The position numbers and the translations under genes are program-made. From Flectonema sp. DT1601 (lineage: Eukaryota), in the NCBI GenBank assembly GCA_964019425.1, contig OZ025781.1, positions 1,736,001-1,800,000 of the forward strand: a DNA stretch of 64,000 nucleotides. Reading direction: 5' to 3'. The notes beneath the pieces were generated by a model. It saw only the letters and a list, made by a program, of their open reading frames with translations, had not been told where the DNA came from and ran no database searches. This document shows positions 1 through 11,705 of the stretch, piece after piece (the stretch's first letter is position 1; each line of letters begins with the position of its first letter).

Positions 1-3000
1 ATTGTTATAAAATGGAAATTCCTTTTCCAAAATAATAATAAAGTTTGCACTGCCGACTCGGCAACGATTACTTTCTTTTTGATTGAATTATCTTTCGGAA
101 GCTTTTGTTTATTCGTATTGCAGCCAAAATAGAAATACGCAAATCAAGTTTTTCGCTTTCGTGCTGCCGACTTCCAAGTGTAATTATTTTTTTTTGGTTT
201 TTTTTTTTTTTTTTTTTTTTTCCTCATCCCATATTTTGCTCCGTGTTCAGAATTATTGTTCAACGGAGTGGTTTTTAAACTTCGCTTGTGGGACGATGGA
301 TTGGCTAAGTATTGGAGACGTTATTATACGCGAACTGTTATAATGTCCCGCCTTTTTTTTTTTTGGAAAACGAGAGCAGGTTGCTTGTTTCATTATTTTG
401 CAACTCTTTCGATGACCACACTACGGCAGGAACCGTTTTAGAGTAGCTTTAGCAAAGATAACTAACTGAATCCTACAGTGTGGTGCGAGTATGCTTCTGC
501 AGTAGCAACATGCATGATGAAGATTCTGGAGAAATTATGTTTGAATAAAATTACAACTAAAAAAATCAATTTTATAAAAGATTAACGGGTCAATTCATAT
601 TTTATAAGAGAATTGAAAATGTGAGTTCGTTTTCAGAGAGAAAAATATTCTTTTGTTGTATCTTTTGGTATTCTTGGAAAGCTCTCGGGGAGGGGGCTTT
701 TTTTTTTCTTTTTCTCTTTTCTCTTTTGCAATTTCAGATAGGTAGTTTCTTTTATTCAACACGACTGTTGTTTTATCTTTTGTTTCGTATTTTGTCTCTT
801 CTCTTGAAACAGAATCGAACGACATTTCAACAAAACTAATAAGTGAAGTGTTTGAGTGACTCTACGATCAATTGACTTCTCAACATTACTGGCTGACGAT
901 GAGGAATAGAATGGTAAATATCACAGATGTTGTTGTAAAGCATACTTATCACTGTTCTGGTTCGCGCTCAGCAAGTTTTGTTGTTGTCAAAAGAGTCACT
1001 CACAGTTCTCTGGTCTGTCGGTAGTTTTGTCATTTTAGTCTTGTTATTATTATTATTTTTCCCCCCGAATTTTTATTTTTTATTTTTAGTTTTTTTTTTT
1101 TTTTGTTGAGAAAATTTTAGCGACCGAATTGACTTACGACAGCTTATTTGAAAATAATGGAATGTAACATTTCATAATATTTTGATTACGGAAGCGTTGG
1201 AAGCTAAAAAGACAAAGAAAAGTGCAACTCCTGCTGTCCACCGATTCTAATAAAGTTGTTGTTGTGAACTCATTTGAGACATCTCCTTTACATTCAAGAG
1301 AAGGTACGATATTACACACAAGACAACATGTTGTGAATAGAAGTCATTCAGGTCTTTATTAGGACGCAGTGAACGTCTTCAAAAAAAAAAAAAGAAAAAA
1401 GAAGTGATTCGCCTCCCAGCATAAAAATAAAGTAGTTGTTTCCTTTTATTCTCTCTTATTTATTTGGTTTTTTTTTTATTTTTATTAGGCTAAGCTACTG
1501 TGCTGCCACTGGCAGCCTAACTAACATTGTTGTGGTTGAGAGGGGGGGAAAAAAGGGAAAATAGAAAAAAAGAGTAATAATCACCAAAAACCCCCAAGAA
1601 TGTGATTAAGACAACTACCCACTCCACTACTTTTAACAAAAAAGTTACTTACGTCTGTTGTTCTTTTGCACTTTGGTTTTTTGTTTTTTGTTGTTGTTGC
1701 GATTAAATAAAGGAAAGCATCATTCTTTTGGTCGCTTCTACGGTTTGTGTTTGTGATTCGTGACACCTTTTTAAGACGTTTTTTTTTTTTTTTTTTTCAA
1801 TTCTATTGAAATGTTTTATCCAAAATATCGTCCTCGAAGTAGACTTATTACTTTGGTGAGGATACCTCTCGTTGTCGTCACAAAGTAGTAAATTACTATT
1901 TCTTGGTCCCAAAATTAAGAAGAGAACTTGCCTTCTCTCGGGGGAAGGTTTTCTGTTGGACAATATCACCTCTGATACCACACAGTGTTTTTACTAATTA
2001 TAAATAAATAATGAAAAGCTAAGTTGGTGTGTTCTGGTTGTGTAATTGCTTTTGCTGGATATATGAAAGCTGCTTTAAATTGTTCACATGCGTTGACTCA
2101 CCACTCGCATTTTTCTATTCTCTACCTTGTGTTTTTCTGTCCACTATTTTTTTTTGAAGCGAAAACTAACATTTTTCTTAGACCGTTTCTATGTTCTATT
2201 TCTAGCGAAAAGAAGTAAAGCCGCCTTTTTTTTTTCTTTTTTTTCCTTTTTTTTTTTTCTTGTTGCAATTAGTCAAAAACGATGGTTGTCTCGTACTGCA
2301 GCGGCTGTCTGTTGTTTCTTCTGTTTCGTTCTTGCCCAAACCTGCACCGTTTTTAATAAATATTTTGTTATTGCGATATGCACACTTACTGTTTTCATAC
2401 AAAGTAGAAGGGACTACATAAATATCCCATACAACTCTACAGTTGTTGTATGATAACATCTGTGAAAGGCAATCCTTTACATTGCTGCCCAATTGGAACG
2501 AAAGTATAAAACAACAACAAGAGTGAGTACTGGTCTGAGGAGCGTCATCTGAACCCATCCGCCCGCATTCTATTTGATTCTCTCACTCTACCCTTCCCTT
2601 TGATTTCTTTTCGTCTTTCCAAAAGAAACGAATTCTAGGGCAAGTTACTTACTGGTTCAGAATTTTTTTTTTTTTTTTTTACTTTTTGTGCGTTTTTTTC
2701 ATGTGTTGAAGCGAGTGAGCTGTTGCTTTCAGTCGCTATAATAGCACTTTTGATGGTCAAACAACTGAAGTTAGTCAGAACTCAGTTTGCTGATGTAGCG
2801 TCACTCATTAATGTTATAAGAAAGAGTGTGATGATTTTTTTTGTTAAAGTTTCGGCTCAACGCCAATAAACACAAGGATTGAGTAGTTTTAGATATTTCT
2901 GAATCTCTTTGTCTCTGCGCAAACTTAATATACATTTGTCAGATTTTGTAATTTTATAGAAATTCGTTGTTTGCTTTCTTCAGACTCGAATCCTTGCAAA

Positions 3001-3024
3001 CAAATCTATCAATACTCGTTAGAC

Positions 3025-3067
<43 letters not shown>

Positions 3068-3839
3068 GGTAGGTTTAAGGAACCCGGGTTCAAGGGTGAC
3101 GTATTTTTAATAAATTAAAGTTACCCTGTTATGGTTTTCAAAAGAAAAAGAACTTGCGAATGAAAAGTTGTTTTTTTTTTTGTTTATTTTAATACTACCT
3201 GGTAGGTCTGATAATGTTGTATCGAATCGGTTGAGTAGTCAATTCTCGTTTTTTTTTTTTTTTTTCCCCGGTTCTTTTATTTATTGTTTTTAACCCCCTT
3301 TCCTTTCCTTTCCTTTCCTCTATTGCAAAGTTAACTTCATTTTTCAATTGTTGGATGTCATCGCAACGACTGTTCTTTTTTGAGAAGTGTTTTATTTTTT
3401 TATATTTTTTTTTTTTTCTTTCACCCCATCCTTACTTTTTTTTTGTTAGTTCGTATTTCTTCTTTATCTTTTATGTGCATTACTTTACTTGTGTTGTGTT
3501 TGTTTAGGTTCACTAGGAAGGTAGTGGATGTTGCGTTTCAATTCTCTGTGTAGTCACACGCGAAAGAAGCAAATCAACAAAAGAAATACCCTATCCGATC
3601 TTTTTTTCCCTTCCCGTCCTTTTGCACCATTCACACCCTCCTCTACTTAGTTGTGCATAAGTTGATTAGTTGTCTGTAGTAAGTAATTAATTAGTTTTTA
3701 ATGTACTTTCTGCTTTAATCAAATCATCTCTGCAGAAGTTGCAATAATTTTATGGAAATCGAATTAAAATAGAAATTCTAAACGACCTGCAGAAAGTGTT
3801 AATTAGTTTATATTTTTTCAGGGAGGGTATATTATTATA

Positions 3840-5007
3840 ATGACCAGTGAAGAAAAGGAGGTTCAGAACCCGAAGGTCTTTCTCGGAGCTTTGGGTCAGT
3901 TTTGCTTCTCATCTGTTGGTATGATGATTGGAAATAAGATGGGAATGGAATTCCTGAAGGATACTGAAACAGGTGCCGCCCTACCATCGACATTCGTCGC
4001 CCTGCAAGTGATAGGAACGCTGTTTTTGTTGGCGCATTTCCAACACAAAATTGATAAGGACAAATGTAACATGAAATGTGCAAAGAGTTGGGCTCCCGTA
4101 TTTACATTATTTGCTGGGATGCTTTATACCTCTGCTAAGACTTTTCAATACGTCCATGTTTCATTTGTTATTATCATTCGGAATGTGGGAGCGATAATTA
4201 CGACCTGTATGTGATTTCTTAATCGACTTTTAGATGTTTGTTATTTATATTTAATAACACAGTTGTCGAGTACTTTGTCAGAGGCACCACCGTCAATCCA
4301 CAAATTGTACTGTCGGAGATTGTGATTGGTATGTTTTACCTCTCTTTTGTTTACACTGTTCAACTACTTTTTATCAAACTAATAAAATAACAGTCCTCGG
4401 AACCATAATGTACGGTCACGAAGGTATCAAGCATTTCAAAGACTTCTGGGTTGGAATGCAGTGGTGTTTATTAAACGTTCTCTGTCAAACACTTTACGGA
4501 GTGACCTTAAAATATAAAATGGAGAACGATGAAGATATTAAAGAAATGTCGAAGTACACGATGTCTCTGTTTAATAATTTACTTTGCCTACCATACCTAA
4601 TTGTGGTTGCTATTGGAGCTGGTGAGCCATCACATTATGGAGAAATCTTAGTGAGAGTTCCAGCACATGGTTGGCTATTGATTCTTATTACGTGTGCAAT
4701 TGGGTTCATGATCAGCACGTCTGGGTTTGGACTTCAGAAACTGGTTTCGGCGACATCTTTCTTAGTAATCAATAACATGACGAAGATCTTAAATATCATC
4801 CTCGGTGTTATTTTCTTAGATGATCACCTGCCTGGATTCTTTGCAGTTCTCGGCTGCTTTGTCAGTCTGGGAGGTGGATTCTGGTATTCCTTTGAAGTGA
4901 TGGCTCTCAACGAAAAGAAGAAACGCGAGCGCATCGAAGCAGAAGTTCGCGATGTTGAAGCCTCCGTTGCTGAGCCTGAGCAGCTCATCGAGCGCAGGGC
5001 TGGTTAG
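3840..5007 (+). CDS. Nucleotide-sugar transporter (GDP-mannose transporter/SLC35-like); 3 exons: 3840-4206, 4263-4328, 4394-5007
   Basis: Multi-TM ORFs 3840-4214 and 4408-5007 join in frame through GTATG...AG introns 4207-4262 and 4329-4393 (IITTFVEYFVRG...SEIVIVLGTIMYG). NST-family motifs include MSLFNNLLCLP and SATSFLVINNMTK. Confidence 0.85.
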
Positions 5008-6781
5008 GAACGTGTTGCCCTGCTTTTTACTTTTACTGAGATTCTGAGCACCCGATCTGATGTTTTATTCGGGCTGGTCACCAGGTCACATCATTATTTA
5101 GTTGTGGTGACGTACTTCTTCGACATCAACAACATTGTGACTACACAACAACAGCGCGGCTACTTAACTTTCGGGCTGAAGTTTATCTCATCGATACTAC
5201 TAAAAGTTTATTATAAGAGCATCCTGAAAAGGAGACGTCAACTTTATCAACTCAACGTGTGCTGTCCGTGTAGTGCTGTCTTTAAACTTACTCCGCGCAA
5301 TGCGTTAATGAGTGTGGCGAAGTCTTTCGCATTCCTGGTACAGACTTCGTTTTGTATGTCAAGTTGTGGCTTCTTTACTACGGAGCTACCTACAACCTCT
5401 CCTCGTGTTTTTCGAACCTGGAAAGCTGATGGCGGGGTTGGCTCGTATTTCGTAGAGTCGAAATTCTTATTATTCGAAGCTATAGTACAAAAGCATCCTC
5501 CTCCAATTCCTTCGAGTTGTTAATTATCAACAACGACTCTTGTCTTTGAATGATTAGTTCAGTGCGTGATCTCCCTTTTCTTAATATTTTTAAGGACGGG
5601 ATCGTCTTCCTACGTGAATTGAGTAAGTAAAATCTGGCAAGCGGGTGTCCTGTTGCAAGACTGTGGCTGCTCTTACCAGCTTGCTCACAAAATTGAAGCT
5701 CAGAGACTGATTTATTTTTTTTCCCCTCTTTTTTCAGTTGAATACGAACAAACAGGTTGTCATCCGTGGGACAAATTCGTCTTTACTCAACGATACCCAC
5801 TGATGCGACCGATGTCACAAAGTGCAATAATTTTTCCCAAAATTCCATTCTCACCAACCCCGTCATGAATTAAATGTTCTGATAACCTCTCATGAAAAGA
5901 AAAAACAGAAAAACAAAAAAAAATAGAAAATGGAGATTACGTCTTTATATTGTTTAAATATTTAAATTTTTTTTTTTTGAGAAGAAAAATGTAAATGAAC
6001 GAGTAGTATCCTTATTGTAGTGATTATATAATCGCTGTACTGGAGTATGTGGAGTACGGCCCCAAAAACTCTTTTCTTACATGAGTTTAAGTTTTAAATT
6101 TATTTTTGATTGTGAAGATTTCACTGAATAGCAGCTGTTCTATTCTATTTCTTCACAAGAGACGATAACAAGTAGCACTCACAGAAGTCAGTGGTGCAAA
6201 CAAAGCAGTCAGGGTGACTCCGGCACAGTGAGGATATACTAAATCACGGTCTGTCCTCCTTTTAGCTTTCTTTGGCAGGTCGTGAAAATTTTGCCTCCGC
6301 CGCAAAGAAAGTTTAATTATTTCCCCTGTTTTTTTTAATTTTTTTTTTTTTTTTGTTTTTCATTAATTCGTTTACTTTTTTATTTTTTTCTTAAAAACAA
6401 TAAAACATTCATAATAAAAGAAAACCACGAGATAGGATGAGTATTTCATAAATGCCCTGACGAGAGACTCGGTACTTCTCGGAGGGGACATTTAAATTAA
6501 AAAAAAAAAGGATAATAAAATCTGAATAAGTTAAATTTAATCGTAAAAAGAAAATGTCAAAAATTGAAGGCGAGTCATTCAGCCAATCAACGCATAGAAA
6601 GCCGACATCATTCCCTTCAAAGTAAGGGAAAGTACATTAGGAATCCTCAGCACCGAATTAAGGTTTCATTGCAATCTTCTTTTGCGGGGAGTGAGCAGAA
6701 ACTTTTTACATTTTTAGTAAGGTGTCAAGAGGAGGATAATTTCTTCTCTCACAGATCCCCCGAGGAAGGGTTTCCCATAAT

Positions 6782-7294
6782 ATGTTCCGCTCAGTACAAA
6801 CATTAGTTCTAACAAAGGAAAGTATTCTATTAGGAAGATGGAACAGCGGTGGTTACAAACACAGAATAACTGGAGTTGCAAAAGACACGAGTGCGGTGTG
6901 CGAAGAGCAACTAAAAAAGGAAGCAATCCAAAACGTTGCGGAAATGACGGGAGTAAACTTACTTCCGCACAATGTAGATAAAAGAGCTGTAATGTTGTTT
7001 ACGGAAACAGATCCTTTCTCTTTAACAATAGAACACGTCTTTCTCGTAACAATACCTGAGGAGTTACCTCTCGTTGGTCATCCTGAATTCTCACCTTTGT
7101 GGTCTCCACTGAGAACTATCCCATTCAATGAGATGCCTGAAGATGATGCTGTCTGGTACCCATCTGTTCTAAAACATAAATATATCCATGGGAAGTTTAC
7201 CTTTAATGGAAAAGACATGCAAGCTTCAAATATTTGGACTGTTCCAAATATAGAACTCGCAAACATAAATAACGAACATCTTTTATTTTGTTAA
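6782..7294 (+). CDS. Nudix-fold protein, NUDT1/MTH1-like, with a degenerate Nudix box
   Basis: N-terminal TLVL...ILLG and C-terminal IPFNEMPEDDAVWYP...GKFTF resemble MTH1. The Nudix box is poorly conserved. Confidence 0.7.
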   Translation: MFRSVQTLVLTKESILLGRWNSGGYKHRITGVAKDTSAVCEEQLKKEAIQNVAEMTGVNLLPHNVDKRAVMLFTETDPFSLTIEHVFLVTIPEELPLVGHPEFSPLWSPLRTIPFNEMPEDDAVWYPSVLKHKYIHGKFTFNGKDMQASNIWTVPNIELANINNEHLLFC

Positions 7295-7477
7295 ACTTTT
7301 CTGAATTCTTCCGTTAGATACTTTTGATTACTGACAACACAGATTTCAGTATTGTGAGAGTTCACTTTGGAAATGAGAGTAAATTATAATATTCTCCCAC
7401 AGACATATAAAAATTGAGAAGCTTTGTGTGTTCTTATCCATCCTCACTAAAGTTATACTCACAACAGTTCTCCACAA

Positions 7478-9931
7478 ATGACGACGAGAGAGAAGTCCCC
7501 GAAGTCAAAACACTCCAGGGGGGAGGTGGCAGCACTTCCCAGTACTGATGAAAAAGGAGCTATAAGATACAGACAGCTGGTGCAAGAATTGGAAACCGTC
7601 AGATCTGAAAAGACAGCGAAGAAGACGATATCAGTTTTAGAGGAATTGATTTGTATTGAAAGACATGTCGAAGGTGGAGTACTCAGCGTACTGACAGCGA
7701 TGATAAAGATTGAAAAGGTTGCCTTACAAGAGTTACTATCAGTATTGTTATGGAAGAGTTCAACTCACAATGATGGTCATTCTATAACAGCTACTCGATT
7801 CGATTCTTTATCTAAAGCAGCAATTGAGGGAGCAAAGTCAGGCAGCTCTCCAGAAGTTAGAAGAACAGCCTTCACAGTTATTCTAACACTTTACTTACTT
7901 CAAACTATCTCAACCAGACTTACGTTGTCTCTTCCTCCAGAATTCGTCTCCAGAACAGTACAAGTCCTTCAAAGTAATTTAGAACACAAACAAACAGAAA
8001 AACGAGGATTCGCTTCCAAGACTACGTGGCATGAGGGGAAAAAGATCAGACTTCAGTCTCATCTCTCTACCTTACAAGTGTTTAGTAAATTATTTATAAC
8101 ACAAATGTTTCCAGTCATGAGTTTGAGTAAGAATCCAAAACTGAGTACCGTTTCAGTAGCTTCGATAATAATCAGAACAGCGATTGAATATTCTTACAAA
8201 GAAAAGGACATCCCAGTCGTGAGAGAATCATTAGTGTGTTTGTGTCAAATGGCTGAAGTTGAACCAGAATGTGTTGGAGGAGTTGCACAGTATTTACCAA
8301 CAGAAATGAGACTAATTCTAAACAACTCACCAGTTAATAAAGACAAAGACAAAAGGAGTAAAGATATCGATGGGAAGGATGTCGTAATTCACTGCTGGGA
8401 TCCTTTTACTGCGTCAGCCTTAGCAAAGTTATGTCTGGCTGTCCTACACAAACAAGGACAGGAAGCTGCAGCAAGAAGTAAGTTTATGAGATGTTTGCTG
8501 CAGCTATTTCATTATCCAAAAGATTTAGTTTTCACTGATGTAGTAAATGGAATAGTAAGGAGGTCTGGTTTATTTTATATGTTCCTTCAAAAAGATGCAG
8601 TTTATGGAGGGAGTGAAACTCTACTAAACTACACCGTCAACAGGATTCAATCTCTTTTGAAAAGTGGTGAACAGCTTCGTTGTAATGTAGGAGCCAGACT
8701 GATATCAGCAATATGTGAACAGTGTTTAGCGAATAGACATTTACTTAGTGATCAAACAGCAGCAATGACGTCACTAACAAGTTGTATAGCTCCAATTAAA
8801 GATGAGTTAGAGAAAGCTTCCTTTGATCCATTACTTACGGTAAATCGATTGAAGGCATTAACTTGGTTAACAGCTGTTGTTATTTCAACTCACTCAGCTG
8901 AGCATACTCACACTCATCATAAAGTTGGTTTAGCTACTGATTTATTAACCACATTGTGTGTGACCATTCAAGGTTCTCCTTTACAATCTGATTTAGTGTT
9001 AGAGTTGCTAAAGTGTTTTATAAAGAGTTTGCGACTACTCGCACCAGGCCCACAGCAGGACAGAGAATTACTGGTCCCAGCCTTCACGGGTCTCATAATT
9101 TATTTGATAAAGAATTGCATTGCGAAGACGAGTATCCAGGGGATATATAATCTGCTGCAGGACTTTTTGATGAACGTCGACGTCTTAAGTGCGAAGAGAG
9201 TGAGTGGAGCACCAGCACTACTGGACATGGATACCATCGCTAATCAAAGAGCTCATGGCGGTGTAAATACTCTGCTGTTGATATTACAAGTTCTTGATGG
9301 TAACAATGCCGAGCAGTCTCTGTTGTCTTCCTCATCTGATTCTTCTGAACGCGACAAGTTGTATCGAACAGGAAGACTTCTAATTGAAGTCATTCGATTT
9401 ACGGGAGACTTCGGTAACGTTCTCGTCAACTCAGGTCCAGACTGTAATGGAAACATGCGATCACTTCTTTTGAGACTACGCTCCTTGTTGTACACACAAC
9501 AGAACCACATCGCGTGGGAAATTGGTCTCGCGCTACTAAAAATAGCGAGTCGGGCTGTTACACATGTCCGTGTCGCAGTTTATGAAATATTAACAAGTGT
9601 CTGTGAGGCGAGAATCGAACTGCAGTCGCTGCTTCAGCCGTTGGTCAGTATTGTTGATGAGTTGCTTTCGCTGTCGGAGTCTTTTGAATTCGCTCAAAAT
9701 GCAGCTTCTGACCCGCAAGCACTCGTTGACAGCGCTACCCTCGCTCATCGTTTCTTTCAGCAACACGAGGCGTTGAAAGAACGCCTCGCAGTTTATGTTC
9801 GCTTTGCTGAACTCAAACGATACAAATTACTCGGCGACGTATCTGAGGATATGCTCGCTCAGGCGTTTGACTACGAAAAGAGACTGACGAGTAAAGCAGA
9901 CGTGGAACCTGTTTTGATGTTTCAGACTTGA
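7478..9931 (+). CDS. ARM/alpha-solenoid protein, probable TPLATE-like (TSET complex large subunit)
   Basis: 817-aa Leu-rich helical ORF. The C-terminal part (LLRL...WEIGLALLKIASR...RVAVYEIL...LQPLVSIVDEL...HEALKE...RYKLLGDVS) parallels plant TPLATE as I remember it. Confidence 0.55.
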   Translation: MTTREKSPKSKHSRGEVAALPSTDEKGAIRYRQLVQELETVRSEKTAKKTISVLEELICIERHVEGGVLSVLTAMIKIEKVALQELLSVLLWKSSTHNDGHSITATRFDSLSKAAIEGAKSGSSPEVRRTAFTVILTLYLLQTISTRLTLSLPPEFVSRTVQVLQSNLEHKQTEKRGFASKTTWHEGKKIRLQSHLSTLQVFSKLFITQMFPVMSLSKNPKLSTVSVASIIIRTAIEYSYKEKDIPVVRESLVCLCQMAEVEPECVGGVAQYLPTEMRLILNNSPVNKDKDKRSKDIDGKDVVIHCWDPFTASALAKLCLAVLHKQGQEAAARSKFMRCLLQLFHYPKDLVFTDVVNGIVRRSGLFYMFLQKDAVYGGSETLLNYTVNRIQSLLKSGEQLRCNVGARLISAICEQCLANRHLLSDQTAAMTSLTSCIAPIKDELEKASFDPLLTVNRLKALTWLTAVVISTHSAEHTHTHHKVGLATDLLTTLCVTIQGSPLQSDLVLELLKCFIKSLRLLAPGPQQDRELLVPAFTGLIIYLIKNCIAKTSIQGIYNLLQDFLMNVDVLSAKRVSGAPALLDMDTIANQRAHGGVNTLLLILQVLDGNNAEQSLLSSSSDSSERDKLYRTGRLLIEVIRFTGDFGNVLVNSGPDCNGNMRSLLLRLRSLLYTQQNHIAWEIGLALLKIASRAVTHVRVAVYEILTSVCEARIELQSLLQPLVSIVDELLSLSESFEFAQNAASDPQALVDSATLAHRFFQQHEALKERLAVYVRFAELKRYKLLGDVSEDMLAQAFDYEKRLTSKADVEPVLMFQT

Positions 9932-10258
9932 GAGCGGTTTCGCTTACCTGTCGATGCCGCTGATAGTTTCAAGTTGACACTTCACTGTAGTCACTTGATC
10001 TTTATATAAATTGTACCACACTACTGACCACCTGTTTGGTTTGAACTACTTTACTGACGAATACATTCCGTTAATGTAGTGAGAAAGTAGCCTTCGGAAG
10101 AACCACATTGTGGCACGAGGTACTCTGAATGGGGAATTCCCTGTCGGGTTCGGGGAGTTTTTAGTGAAGATGTAAACCTGAATGAAAATATTTCACTCTT
10201 TACGACCAATTACTTATTTCATTTTAGTTACTTATCTTACTTTCCCTTCCCAATCAGT

Positions 10259-11089
10259 ATGATGGCAAAGTCTGAGAACAATCAAATGGAACAGACGACT
10301 GAAGCAACAACCCCACCAGCTGCAACAGATAGTGGCGAGGATGGGGAATCACAAAAGATGAAACCAGTTTATGAAAATCATGAATTGGGAACTCTACCAA
10401 ATGAAAGTCAGAGGCCGTGTGAACACAATGACTGGGATGATGTTCGAACGAGGAAAGGTTTTAAAATATTACGATGCAGGCAGTGCCAAAAGACTTGGAA
10501 ACTAACGAGCTCTGCTCCCCGCTGTATGGACTTTCTTCACGACAGCTGTGAGGCCGGAGAGAATTGCACCCGTCTTCACGTCAGTAGGAAGAAGAAATCA
10601 GTATCTGATCGATACAAAGAGTTCGGAGAAGTTATTTATGAAAAGCAACGTGAGAAGGAAGCCCGCGATCGAGAAGTCAGTTTAGCTAAAATAACAACAA
10701 TAGAATCTGTGTCACTTGAAACTGACAGCTCTCCAATGGAGACTTTAGAGGTAAAAAGATTAATAGCAGCAGCAGTAAATACTGTAGCTGAGTCAGAAGG
10801 TAGTATTGGTCCTCAGTGTGTGTCTACTGGAGAGTCGAGAGTAAATAGCGAAAAGAAGATGTTGGATCTCGTTGATGATATTTGTCAGGACGCGCAATCG
10901 AAGTCTCTTCCGAGTTGTCGAGACACGAACTGGCATGAGGCCTATTCAAATGTTGTTACAGCTCCAGCAGGCTCTGTCTTTGCTACATACTCAAAGAACG
11001 ACTTCGACGGGTTTGAGGCCGAAGCTCCTGAAGTTCTTCCTGCTCCTTCGTACACTTCATTTTTGTGGGGAAACTTCTTTTCTGATTAG
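10259..11089 (+). CDS. Hypothetical protein with a zinc-ribbon-like motif and a CCCH zinc finger
   Basis: 276-aa ORF. CEHNDWD...LRCRQCQKTW is followed by CMDFLHDSCEAGENCTRLH. An AG acceptor lies just before the ATG. Confidence 0.75.
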   Translation: MMAKSENNQMEQTTEATTPPAATDSGEDGESQKMKPVYENHELGTLPNESQRPCEHNDWDDVRTRKGFKILRCRQCQKTWKLTSSAPRCMDFLHDSCEAGENCTRLHVSRKKKSVSDRYKEFGEVIYEKQREKEARDREVSLAKITTIESVSLETDSSPMETLEVKRLIAAAVNTVAESEGSIGPQCVSTGESRVNSEKKMLDLVDDICQDAQSKSLPSCRDTNWHEAYSNVVTAPAGSVFATYSKNDFDGFEAEAPEVLPAPSYTSFLWGNFFSD

Positions 11090-11671
11090 AAGGTCGAAAC
11101 TAACACATCTCGAAAGTTGTTTTCTATCAAATTAAAAGATTACTGTGTGAAGGAATTGTTTAATAAATAACTGAGCTTCGTTACAATGAGAATGAAGAAC
11201 CTGTTCGACCATCTGTTGGAATATTTTTGAACCACAACTTGTGAACACTTTTTGTATTCTTAGATACTGACAGCTGGGTTACTAATATTTAATTCCCAAA
11301 AACAATTTACTTTTACTGACAAGACTCTGAGCAGTAGTAACTTAGAAGTGTCTTTTTTAATCGACACAGTCTGGCAGCGACATAATTATAAATTTCAGAT
11401 GCATCGATATGCTTGTTGCGATCAACACTTCTCTGGTTGTGAATAGATTTTTGAGGGTTTTCCAGTATTTAAATTAGTCGTTCTGACAAACCCCCCGCTC
11501 AATCTTCCCAAACAGAAAAGTTACCCTTTGCATATGGTCTTCTTTTAAATTTCTGTTTTTTCTCTCTTTTTTTTTTTTTTGTTTTTTTTTCTGTATTTTT
11601 TGTTTTCCCGAAGTTTTCCCAACCGGCAGTCTCATTACCACAATATAATAGAATTCTGGTCTATACGAACA

Positions 11672-11705
<34 letters not shown>

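Noticed and set aside
1..3800. Short Phe/Lys-rich ORFs here and in 11100-15900
   Set aside because: They arise from poly(T) and poly(A) tracts in UTR or intergenic DNA and show no coding signal.
5104..5523. 139-aa ORF after the transporter gene
   Set aside because: GTG start and no motifs; most likely 3' UTR.
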